Shown: piece by piece, positions 1-11,629 of the stretch
Layout: every line of letters begins with the position of its first letter
How positions within the stretch are numbered: position 1 is the first letter of the stretch
From: Somniosus microcephalus
Taxonomy: Eukaryota
Assembly (NCBI GenBank): GCA_052327205.1
Contig: CM126204.1
Span: 104,222,001-104,286,000 of the forward strand
Length of the DNA: 64,000 nt
Reading direction: 5' to 3'
Program-made: the position numbers and the translations under genes
The notes under the pieces: generated by a model
What the model saw: the letters and a program-made list of their open reading frames with translations, nothing else
What the model was told of the DNA's origin: nothing
Databases searched by the model: none

Positions 1-275
1 GCGGCTGGAGAAGGTTGCAGAAATAGGGCGGACTGAGGCCCTGAAGCGATTTGAAGATGCAGATGAGGATGTTAAAGTTTACACACTGGGGATAAGGAAT
101 AAGTGGAGTCGGCGAGGATAGGGTGCCTAGTACCATGTGTTTGTGTGGTTGCAGAGTTATAGATCAGCTGGAGTTTGTGTAGGATGAAGCTGTTAAGACT
201 GGTGAGGAAAATGTTGAAGGGATGTTGTTGATAAAAATGTGGATGAGGTTTTCAGCAGCAGTGAAAGTAAGGTGC
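1..275 (-). mobile_element. Degenerate L2 (LINE2) ORF2 C-terminal fragment, downstream part of the copy split by the minisatellite
   Basis: Minus-strand translation TAAENLIHIFINN resembles the L2 C-terminal motif SAAETLIHAF and continues the L2 frame seen at 3996-4090. Confidence 0.6.
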
Positions 276-3200
276 TCCAGAGGTGAATGTACGGTGGGGG
301 CAATGTTCCAGAGGTGAATGTACAGTGGGGCCAATGTTCCAGAGGTGAATGTACGGTGGGGCCAATGTTCCAGAGGTGAATGTACGGTGGGGCCAATGTT
401 CCAGAGGTGAATGTACAGTGGGGCCAATGTTCCAGAGGTGAATGTACAGTGGGGCCAATGTTCCAGAGGTGAATGTACAGTGGGGCCAATGTTTCAGAGG
501 TGAATGTACAGTGGGGGCAATGTTCCAGAGGTGAATGTACAGTGGGGCCAATGTTTCAGAGGTGAATGTACAGTGGGGGCAATGTTCCAGAGGTGAATGT
601 ACGGTGGGGCCAATGTTCCAGAGGTGAATGTACGGTGGGGCCAATGTTCCAGAGGTGAATGTACGGTGGGGCCAATGTTCCAGAGGTGAATGTACAGTGG
701 GGCCAATGTTCCAGAGGTGAATGTACGGTGGGGCCAATGTTCCAGAGGTGAATGTACAGTGGGGCCAATGTTCCAGAGGTGAATGTACAGTGGGGCCAAT
801 GTTCCAGAGGTGAATGTACAGTGGGGCCAATGTTTCAGAGGTGAATGTACAGTGGGGGCAATGTTCCAGAGGTGAATGTACAGTGGGGCCAATGTTTCAG
901 AGGTGAATGTACAGTGGGGCCAATGTTCCAGAGGTGAATGTACAGTGGGGCCAATGTTCCAGAGGTGAATGTACAGTGGGGCCAATGTTCCAGAGGTGAA
1001 TGTACAGTGGGGGCAATGTTCCAGAGGTGAATGTACAGTGGGGCCAATGTTTCAGAGGTGAATGTACAGTGGGGCCAATGTTCCAGAGGTGAATGTACGG
1101 TGGGGCCAATGTTTCAGAGGTGAATGTACGGTGGGGCCAATGTTCCAGAGGTGAATGTACGGTGGGGCCAATGTTCCAGAGGTGAATGTACGGTGGGGCC
1201 AATGTTCCAGAGGTGAATGTACAGTGGGGCCAATGTTCCAGAGGTGAATGTACAGTGGGGCCAATGTTCCAGAGGTGAATGTACGGTGGGGCCAATGTTC
1301 CAGAGGTGAATGTACGGTGGGGCCAATGTTCCAGAGGTGAATGTACGGTGGGGCCAATGTTCCAGAGGTGAATGTACGGTGGGGGCAATGTTCCAGAGGT
1401 GAATGTACAGTGGGGCCAATGTTCCAGAGGTGAATGTACGGTGGGGGCAATGTTCCAGAGGTGAATGTACAGTGGGGCCAATGTTCCAGAGGTGAATGTA
1501 CGGTGGGGGCAATGTTCCAGAGGTGAATGTACAGTGGGGCCAATGTTCCAGAGGTGAATGTACGGTGGGGCCAATGTTCCAGAGGTGAATGTACGGTGGG
1601 GCCAATGTTCCAGAGGTGAATGTACGGTGGGGGCAATGTTCCAGAGGTGAATGTACAGTGGGGCCAATGTTCCAGAGGTGAATGTACGGTGGGGGCAATG
1701 TTCCAGAGGTGAATGTACAGTGGGGCCAATGTTCCAGAGGTGAATGTACGGTGGGGCCAATGTTCCAGAGGTGAATGTACGGTGGGGGCAATGTTCCAGA
1801 GGTGAATGTACAGTGGGGCCAATGTTCCAGAGGTGAATGTACGGTGGGGGCAATGTTCCAGAGGTGAATGTACAGTGGGGCCAATGTTCCAGAGGTGAAT
1901 GTACGGTGGGGGCAATGTTCCAGAGGTGAATGTACGGTGGAGGCAATGTTCCAGAGGTGAATGTACGGTGGGGGCAATGTTCCAGAGGTGAATGTACGGT
2001 GGGGGCAATGTTCCAGAGGTGAATGTACGGTGGGGGCAATGTTCCAGAGGTGAATGTACGGTGGGGGCAATGTTCCAGAGGTGAATGTACAGTGGGGGCA
2101 ATGTTCCAGAGGTGAATGTACAGTGGGGCCAATGTTCCAGAGGTGAATGTACAGTGGGGCCAATGTTCCAGAGGTGAATGTACAGTGGGGCCAATGTTCC
2201 AGAGGTGAATGTACAGTGGGGGCAATGTTCCAGAGGTGAATGTACAGTGGGGCCAATGTTCCAGAGGTGAATGTACAGTGGGGCCAATGTTCCAGAGGTG
2301 AATGTACAGTGGGGCCAATGTTCCAGAGGTGAATGTACGGTGGGGGCAATGTTCCAGAGGTGAATGTACGGTGGGGCCAATGTTCCAGAGGTGAATGTAC
2401 AGTGGGGCCAATGTTCCAGAGGTGAATGTACAGTGGGGCCAATGTTCCAGAGGTGAATGTACAGTGGGGCCAATGTTCCAGAGGTGAATGTACGGTGGGG
2501 CCAATGTTCCAGAGGTGAATGTACGGTGGGGCCAATGTTCCAGAGGTGAATGTACGGTGGGGCCAATGTTCCAGAGGTGAATGTACAGTGGGGGCAATGT
2601 TCCAGAGGTGAATGTACGGTGGGGGCAATGTTCCAGAGGTGAATGTACAGTGGGGGCAATGTTCCAGAGGTGAATGTACGGTGGGGCCAATGTTCCAGAG
2701 GTGAATGTACAGTGGGGCCAATGTTCCAGAGGTGAATGTACAGTGGGGCCAATGTTCCAGAGGTGAATGTACAGTGGGGGCAATGTTCCAGAGGTGAATG
2801 TACAGTGGGGGCAATGTTCCAGAGGTGAATGTACAGTGGGGCCAATGTTCCAGAGGTGAATGTACGGTGGGGGCAATGTTCCAGAGGTGAATGTACAGTG
2901 GGGCCAATGTTCCAGAGGTGAATGTACAGTGGGGCCAATGTTCCAGAGGTGAATGTACGGTGGGGGCAATGTTCCAGAGGTGAATGTACAGTGGGGCCAA
3001 TGTTCCAGAGGTGAATGTACAGTGGGGCCAATGTTCCAGAGGTGAATGTACGGTGGGGGCAATGTTCCAGAGGTGAATGTACGGTGGGGGCAATGTTCCA
3101 GAGGTGAATGTACGGTGGGGGCAATGTTCCAGAGGTGAATGTACAGTGGGGCCAATGTTCCAGAGGTGAATGTACAGTGGGGCCAATGTTCCAGAGGTGA

Positions 3201-3995
3201 ATGTACAGTGGGGGCAATGTTCCAGAGGTGAATGTACAGTGGGGGCAATGTTCCAGAGGTGAATGTACAGTGGGGGCAATGTTCCAGAGGTGAATGTACG
3301 GTGGGGGCAATGTTCCAGAGGTGAATGTACAGTGGGGCCAATGTTCCAGAGGTGAATGTACAGTGGGGCCAATGTTCCAGAGGTGAATGTACAGTGGGGC
3401 CAATGTTCCAGAGGTGAATGTACAGTGGGGGCAATGTTCCAGAGGTGAATGTACGGTGGGGGCAATGTTCCAGAGGTGAATGTACGGTGGGGGCAATGTT
3501 CCAGAGGTGAATGTACGGTGGGGCCAATGTTCCAGAGGTGAATGTACGGTGGGGGCAATGTTCCAGAGGTGAATGTACGGTGGGGGCAATGTTTCAGAGG
3601 TGAATGTACAGTGGGGCCAATGTTCCAGAGGTGAATGTACAGTGGGGCCAATGTTCCAGAGGTGAATGTACAGTGGGGGCAATGTTCCAGAGGTGAATGT
3701 ACGGTGGGGGCAATGTTCCAGAGGTGAATGTACGGTGGGGGCAATGTTCCAGAGGTGAATGTACAGTGGGGGCAATGTTCCAGAGGTGAATGTACGGTGG
3801 GGGCAATGTTCCAGAGGTGAATGTACAGTGGGGGCAATGTTCCAGAGGTGAATGTACAGTGGGGCCAATGTTCCAGAGGTGAATGTACAGTGGGGGCAAT
3901 GTTCCAGAGGTGAATGTACAGTGGGGCCAATGTTCCAGAGGTGAATGTACGGTGGGGGCAATGTTCCAGAGGTGAATGTACGGTGGGGGCAATGT
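276..3995. repeat. Minisatellite, 120 copies of a 31-bp unit (consensus TCCAGAGGTGAATGTAC[A/G]GTGGGG[C/G]CAATGT)
   Basis: The period is 31 from 276 to 3996 (3720 = 120 x 31). There are two common variable positions and a rarer TTCC>TTTC variant. Confidence 0.98.
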
Positions 3996-4160
3996 TCCAG
4001 GTGAATGTAAGTGGTCTCATTGATGGGCCAGATGTGTTGTTTGAAGCTTAGCTCAGAGTCAAACAGAACACCAAGGATGCACACCTTTGGGGTCTATCTG
4101 AGTGAAATGGAATTGGTGCTTGAAGCACAAAGTTTTTGGTGAGAGGCAAAAATGATGCCA
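3996..4160 (-). mobile_element. Degenerate L2 ORF2 fragment, upstream part of the split copy
   Basis: Minus-strand ILGVLFDSELSFKQHI..INETTYIHL matches the L2 motif LGVLFD..LSF..HI..ITKTAYFHL, which is also seen at 20653-20898. Confidence 0.75.
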
Positions 4161-7100
4161 GCACAAAGCTGAAAAGTAAACATCTAAAGTGCAATACAAT
4201 CCTATGAGATCAGCTAGACAAACACAGACTTCACAAACTCAAGGCAAATGATAGCAATTTGTAGAAAAGTAAAAGAAGACAGCATTTTGATAGCTACTAA
4301 AGTTCACTGATTGTTCATGCAAACATTACAGGACTTTAGTAGCTGCCATTTTGGGGCATACAGCCGTCTGTATTTCAGGCCAATTTACCTCAGCTCATCC
4401 TTATTCTTTGCAATGTATATTAGGATATATAATACATGTGTGGACAGAAATATGCTGTTCAGACCTGGTCCCAGTGAGGTTTACTCCACACGGCAGTTTG
4501 TACCTGTCTGGATTGGAACAGGGACTTTTTGTCTGCACATTCATCATACATTCCAAAATGCACTGCTTTAAGTAGAACTGAATGATTACCCTCGTTGGTC
4601 ATTCAGAAGCAAGTTCAGGAGCATTATGGAAAGCAATATAGTGGAATAAAATAATGTAAATAAACCAACAGCGGGTATTAATGTTACATTGTTCAACACA
4701 TTTGAATGCTTTTCACAAATGTAATGTCTGCACTAAGATATTTAGAATGTGATATTCCACCACATTAGAATGCCTGCCACAGACAGAGTACTGCTGAACA
4801 AACAGGAATTTTATATGTGTTTAACACAACAAGTGCTGTAACTAATACTCCAAGGGTTAAAAGCACTATGCAACTTGAGTTATTGCAAATTAAATTAAAA
4901 CCTTTTCTGTAAACATAGACAGGTTATCAATCGATGCGATGTCTGGAATTAAGTAACCACAAAGCACCTACCCAACATGGATATTTCAGTTATGTGCACC
5001 CCAGACATTGCCATTAATATTGACAGCAAATCTATAGTCAAAAACAGTTTGGGCAGCCTAAAAGTTACATTATTAAAAATTCCTTTTTATTACATTATTT
5101 ACTTTTCTCTCCATTTATTAATACCTCTCTGCCATTTCTTGCTCTTCTGGTCAGTAGACCTTGCTCATATTTTCAGGTTACATTGTTTGCCATGGTACCT
5201 CTTCCCTGCAGACATCTGTGGGTATAAATGTCCCATGCAGACTCATGGTTGATGACCGACTCCTCAATTACATTTTACCCATAACCCTTAGCAATCCAAA
5301 TGGTCTCCATAAGCGAGCACAGAATGTTCTGACTATAGGAAAAAAACAACTGAGGAACATTCAAAATAATAGAATAATTAAAGGCAAGGAATAAATCATG
5401 CAATGGCTGACCTGACTTCTACCACTCAATGCCTTTAATTTGAAATAACTCAAGATCTATGGCACTATTAAAGTACAATTTTTGCCATCCATTTAAACAT
5501 TTGGGGAATTGTAAGTGCGATGGAATAAATAAGTAGTAGAAAATTACTGAGTTTAAAAGGGTGGTTTTCTGAACCATTGGTTTTTGCACTTATGTGAAAT
5601 AGCCAAACATATTTGCAATTTTCAACACCTTCATCGGCTATTTTAAAAGTTACATATAGTCCACAGGCTTTTTTTCCCACTAGAAAACTATATGTGATTG
5701 TACAAGGCCCTAGGCACTTTACATACATTACATAAAGACCTCACAATTCAGACGTCAGGCTCCCAGACTACAAAATCCAGACAGCACTGCTACACAGAAA
5801 TGTTTGACAAAGGTGTCATGTGATGTTAAGCATGAAACCTAACACATGAACACTAACCTTTAGCCCTCTCTCAGTATTTGAAATTTAGATTTGGTTTAGT
5901 TACAGAATGCCTTCTATAGGTCTGAACTGAAAGACTATGCACTAATACTTGTGCTGACAGTACTGTAAAAGGTCTCCGTCTCATACAAGAGATTTAGGCC
6001 ACTAGACATAACACAGATTTGAATTTCTAAATGCCACTATGGGCACTGGACTATGCTAAATCTCAAACTCGTTTAATCATCCCACATCTAATCTGGTTGT
6101 TTTAACTGAAACACGGTTTAGAAGCAGAGGCTCTTGAAGCTAGCAAGCAGATTTGCCATACACACACTTATACATGTGGTAAAGTACTTCTGCAAGAAAC
6201 AAAGCATAACATTCTCTTAAAGTGACTATAACCCTTGCTGCTGGCCTGTATTTCTACCCTACCATAACTAATTTCTCAGACATTTCTTCCATACTCCATT
6301 CTAGTCAATAAATGCCCATGTAGTTGCTTTGGAAATCAGGTTTCATTGCTGCAAAACAAACCTCAAGTGAATCTTAAAGGATGACATGCATGGTAAGCAT
6401 TACATTTTATGATTAAAAATAAATGCAATACCTAAAGTAGGATAATGTGTGGAATTTACTTTTATAGTTGTTAAAGGGAGAAAGGGCCCAATTTTCATCC
6501 CTTGCCCTCTGTAAGGAGTATTCCTTTGCTCCTGGCATAGAGACAAAGCAGGGATTTGTGGCAGTACCTACGGAAAATGATTTCACTTATTATCTTAGTT
6601 AGGACTGCTGTCATGGAACATAAGGTAGGGCAAGCCCTGCAGCGCTCAGGGAAGGTCAAAGCTCCCTATCCCTTACTGCAGAATTCTTAATGTGGTTATT
6701 GATGGAGAGTGGTTCTTGAATGTAATGAAAGCAAAGTATGAAATAACAGCCAAACTGGTGTGACACAAAATAACATTTTCACCACAGGAATCCAAAAAAG
6801 GTGGGAATCTCGATTTTGAGGAAAACCAGTCCTACTTGCATGAGGTAGGCATTGGCTACTGTATCCGTGATCTGTGGGGCACAGCATATTCAGCAGTACA
6901 GAATGATTCAAGTTCCATTTACATCTCATTGGCATGCAGTTGGATGGCCTAGTGGGACAGTGAGTTTTAGCACGAACACAATGTACCACGTGGTGGTCAC
7001 AATTCCTTATATGGGAGCTTTCCAGTTTAAGCTGGGTAGGACAGAGTGACGAGGCGCTTCCTTTGAAGGGTAGAAAGCAAGTCATTCTGCTCTTGTGCAC

Positions 7101-9539
7101 CTCCCAGTGGCTGGCCAAGAGCAGCAGTGACCAAAGCCTGGTTACAGGTTATCTGCCTGACTTCTCAATTGGGGAAATCATGCAAGACAAGGGGTTGGGG
7201 GTGCAAGAAGGAACCTAAATAGGCAGGAAAATAAATGATTTACTAAACAAGGGGGGAAAAAAATAAACCTGCAACACAGAGTATCAATAAGGTTGCATTA
7301 GCATCGCAACAAAAACTAAGGTGCAATTTTGAGTACAATTGGAACTGTGTTTGTGCCGATGTACAGGGAATGTTTGTGCTGATGTACAGGGAAACTATGC
7401 TTTGCGAGGCTTATTTATCTATCAAGTATGGTTTTAAAACATTCAATATTTCTGCATGCACAATAATCCCATTGTACAAGATACCAGAATATTCTGACAA
7501 AGTTACAATAACAATCTGCAAATCTCATATGCACAGAAGTACACATACGTAACAATCTGCAGCGCTTAAACATAATTTTTAGAATGGCTGGGGCAGTCTT
7601 ACTGCGATCATGCTCCTGTCACATATGTTATTTTAACTGTAACCAACTTAGCCTTTTATCTTTCTTACATAGATAAAAGTTCACCATTTGCTAAGTAAAA
7701 TTTATTTGGTGTTCAATTAGAGCATCGTTTGATATTAGGACGCTACTCCCCCTGGTTCCCAAAAAGACTTAAAATTTTAATCGAGCTACATTAAATATTG
7801 TTCTGTAGGTAGCTCTTAATGCATGTCTGAACAATGCCTTTAATTCATTCATTTAAGCTTTACCTACAGTACAGTGTGTAAGGTAGAGCTTAAATGAGCT
7901 ATAATCAGGCTTTGCAATAATGCTCCCCATGGTCACATAGTCTGCTGGCTCTCACTACTTTAGCTCACAGATAAAGAATGGGTATTTGACTGAGGTTCTG
8001 GGGGGGGGGGGCGGCGGGGGTAGCATTCCTGGCACCAATGGAATTGTACCTCAGTCTGAGTTAGCACCACAAGGAGAGAATAGGGGGGGAAAGGCAGAAG
8101 TAGAAAGGTTGGGGTAGATTAAAATGTATATTCTGAAGACTTGGCTTCTAATTGTTTTGATCAGGTAGCAAAACAAAAGTAGATAGTGCCTGTGTTAAAA
8201 AAAAGAAATCCTTACAACCTAAGTAAAGTTGGTTTAAGAATAATGTCACAAGTTACAGGGCTTGCCACAGTATTTTTTGTGGTGAAGTTACTGTTTATTG
8301 GCAGGGTAAGAGTTAAGTCACATAATACCAAGCTCACTTCATTTTACTTTGGCTTCCTTGTACTGTCTGTGCCAGTTAACCTTTGGTCTCCAGTCCAGTA
8401 AATGCAAATGTCAGATGAACTTCACCTTCTTCCCCTCCCCTTCAAAAAAAACCCAACAAAACCAAAACACACAATAAAACATTATTATATAGACTCAGTT
8501 CTTGGGGGAAACTAAAGTCTCCTAATCTTTAAATTGTTCTCAAAGCCTTAAGGGCACTTGGAGACTGAATACTGTATTTATGAAGACCAGACTACTTCCC
8601 CTCCCCACAACCCCTTTTCAGACTAATAGTTGACCTTTCATCCTTTAAAATGGACAAAAAGCAGACAAAACACATCAGTGTTCAGGCGCTTGTTTATCTC
8701 AGCTGTCCACACCTTGCATTCCAGGACCAACTATCTATAGACTTTAACCTTGTGTGTTTTACAAACAGTTAGGTCCTGAGCAAGGGCATCGATATATAGT
8801 TTCATGTCATATATGTGAAAACAAGCGCTAAAAAGAAAGGATGCCCAGTAAAAGCCAGTTTTGTAAGCCTGTAAAAGACTCTTTTGAGCACGCAATGCTG
8901 CGGAAAAAGCAATTTTAGCTGTAGATGAGTTTTGTGTTTCACTGGACTGACATCAAAGTGTCTGATGGCATTAAAATGTGTTTAAAATCTGATCAAATAC
9001 GCGTTATAAATGACCGATGGAAAATTAATTTTACTGTCTTTGAAGTTCTTTGGGTTTAAAGGCCGAAGTTCTATTTTTATTTTATTAGATCCGTGGTTCT
9101 CACTCTAAATCAAGAAAACCATAATGGCGATTTAATGCTTTTAACACTTTCTAACAGGGCCACGTTCAAATTTCTGTCACTTCAAGAACCTAAAACATTT
9201 TTTACAGATATCTAAAATACCAGAGGAACTCTTTGATAGTCACATTTCAACTTGGAAAATAAATTAGATCAGATCGTTGAAACTGTTCAAAATATCTTAT
9301 ATTTATTATTAAAATTACTGAAGACTCCATGACCTACATCAGGTTGGAGACAAGGTACCCTCTTAACAAAAGAGCTAGGCCTCAACTGGCAATATTCTTT
9401 TGAATGACAATACCACCCCTTTAAATAAGGTACTTTCCAACAACTCAAATCATTTTCACCACAAACAACAAATTACACTACAGCTTCCATTACCCATATT
9501 TGTAGTATTTTAGATCCATTAGTCAATATGCCATTACGA

Positions 9540-10150
9540 CGATAGCAAAATACTGCAGATGTTGGAAATCCAAAATAACAACAGAAAATGCTGGAAAAAC
9601 TCAGCAGGTCAGGCAACATCCGTGGAGAGAAATTTGAGTTGAAGTTTCGGGTCGAACCCTTCTTCAAAACTGGAAAGAAAAGAAAATAGATCGAAGGCAG
9701 GGCTGCGATCGGACAAAAGAAGTGAAAGAAACAAAAGAAGTAAAAGAGCTAGACGAGATGGTAATAGGCTGAGATTAGGTGTAAAGTGTACTGGCAGGGC
9801 AAGAGATAGCTGCCAGGTGTGAGAGAGAAACAAAAGGAAAGGGGGGGGGGGGAAAAGGAGTGGAAAAATTACAAGAAAAAATGTGTAATAGGGGCCGAGG
9901 TTATGATCCGAAATCGTTGAACTCGATATTGAGTCCGGAAGGCTGCAGAGTGCCTAATCGGAAGATGATTTGCTGTTCCTCGAGTTTACGTTGAGCTTCC
10001 GTGGAACAATACAAGAGGCCAAGGACGGTGAGGTCCGAGTGGGAATGGAGCGGTGAATTAAAATGACAGGCGACCGGAAGCTCGGGGTCACCCTTACGAA
10101 CTGAACGGAGGTGTTCCGCAAAGTGGTCACCCAATCTGCGTTTGGTCATG
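9540..10150 (-). mobile_element. Penelope-like retroelement 3' fragment: GIY-YIG endonuclease C-terminus plus pLTR region
   Basis: ORF 9901-10173 reads TKRRLGDHFAEHLRSV...PVACHFN...RKLEEQQIIFRLGTLQPSGLNIEF, typical of a PLE GIY-YIG domain. It is followed by a pLTR-like segment with a hammerhead-like core at 9641-9672. Confidence 0.85.
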
Positions 10151-10642
10151 CTGTGGCTCACAGACAAAAACATGTTTTTAAATGCTTCTCTCTTTGTGTC
10201 TCAGTGCTTGTATCTTCTCAAATTATTTCTGTCTCCCTTTGTGTTTTTTTCTCTCGTCTTCCTTTCTCTTATTCTCTCTCTCGCTCATGTGTACGTCTCA
10301 GGAACATTTTCTATTGTTGTCATCTTTGTATCTGTTTGTCCATGATGCTTTTTTACTCTTTCTATAAACTCATCTTTGTCATAAAACTGCAGTCAAAAGC
10401 AAATGTGTGGTTCTCTCACCGTCAGCTGCATTTCGAAATATAAACTATCCCACTTACTTTTTTCTAGCAGCGGCAGAGATCCACTTTTTTTTTTGTTGAG
10501 GATATTGGATTCGTTGGTTCCAGTTCTGGCCAACATCTGACAAAGAACAGCGCCAGGTAGAAATATCAACAGGTAAGTGTAACACCAGGATACAAATATA
10601 ATGCTACTATTCCAAAACCAGCACAGCCATTTAGCAACACCT

Positions 10643-10767
10643 CACGGTAGACAATTGTTGTGGGTGGGAGAGCTAAATGGGTGCGAAGGCATCGGCCTCC
10701 CCGTATATGCCCCACCTGATACTCAGTTCCATTGAAGTCAACCGCCCAAGACAAATTTTTACCCCCT
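10643..10767. mobile_element. Small degenerate Harbinger-type MITE
   Basis: It ends in AATTTTTACCCC and shares CATTGAAGTCAA with the MITE at 40070. Confidence 0.4.
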
Positions 10768-10824
10768 TAAGTCTCCCCTGCCCTCTCTGCTCTCTTCCAC
10801 TCGCTACGTGCTTCTCTCACACTT

Positions 10825-11090
10825 CTGCGTCAGAAGGTTGTCAGGACTTGGCTGGCATTCCAGAGCTGTAGTGAGGGAATGCTGCCTCGTTGGAGGTGTC
10901 GTCTTTGGATGAAATATTAAAGCTAGATCTATAGGTTCCGTGGTTCAGGTTGACAGTAAAATCCCTCAGCACTATTCAAAGAAGAGCAGGGAATTCTCCC
11001 AGTTTCCTGGCTAAAATTCCTCCCTCGAATAATACCACCAAAAACAGATTTGCTGGTCATTCAGCTTACTGCTCTGTGTAGATCAAGCTC
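10825..11090 (+). mobile_element. Deu-domain SINE (SacSINE1/AmnSINE1-like) fragment
   Basis: GGAGGTGTCGTCTTTGGATGA...GCACTATTCAAAGAAGAGCAGGGAATTCTCCC...AAAACAGATTTGCTGGTCATT resembles the DeuSINE central domain. Confidence 0.7.
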
Positions 11091-11301
11091 TTTCGAATCG
11101 TTTGGTGTTAAAGTCGTATATAAGCATTTATTTATTACCTTTCATTAGTTCTCATTCTCCTTTTTCTCTCTGCCACTCACCTATTTCCTCCCACGAAAAC
11201 CTGGAGCCACTCAGTTTTCTGTAGAAAAGATTTTGGCCTAGAAATTTGGTGGGCTGCGCCACCAGTTAGCGCCTAAAGAGGGCACTCAGTGGCTTTAGCG
11301 C

Positions 11302-11610
11302 TGTGGTAAACCACGTTCACTATCGTATCACTGTTAGTAGTTAGCACTGTTCATTATAACTGTATCACTGACCACTATTGTATCACGGTACGAGGTCGCC
11401 TCTTGCCACACTGCTATACCTGGGATGACCACTGCCGACTCCGCCTTGGCTCCACCCACCAGGCCAGGTATAAAGGTGAGCGACTGGCTGGTATTCCTCC
11501 TGCTTGGATCGGATCACCCACGAGAGTGGGCTCTGTTATTTAGTCAATAAAAACCTTTAGTCACCTTCGTAACTCTTCGCCTTTTATTGGAGGAATTGAT
11601 AGGTATATCA
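11302..11610 (+). repeat. 5' LTR (309 bp), with TATAAA at 11469-11474 and AATAAA at 11546-11551
   Basis: TGTGGTAAACC...GGTATATCA is a direct repeat of 15581-15899. Confidence 0.96.
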
Positions 11611-11629
11611 ATTTTATTGACTAAATTTA

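Noticed and set aside
276-3995. CRISPR-like array (31-bp repeats)
   Set aside because: The units are contiguous with no unique spacers, there are no cas genes, and the context is vertebrate.
164-4084. Long minus-strand ORFs (876-1010 aa) in all three frames
   Set aside because: These are artefacts of a stop-free 31-bp unit that cycles through frames. There is no evidence of a real protein.
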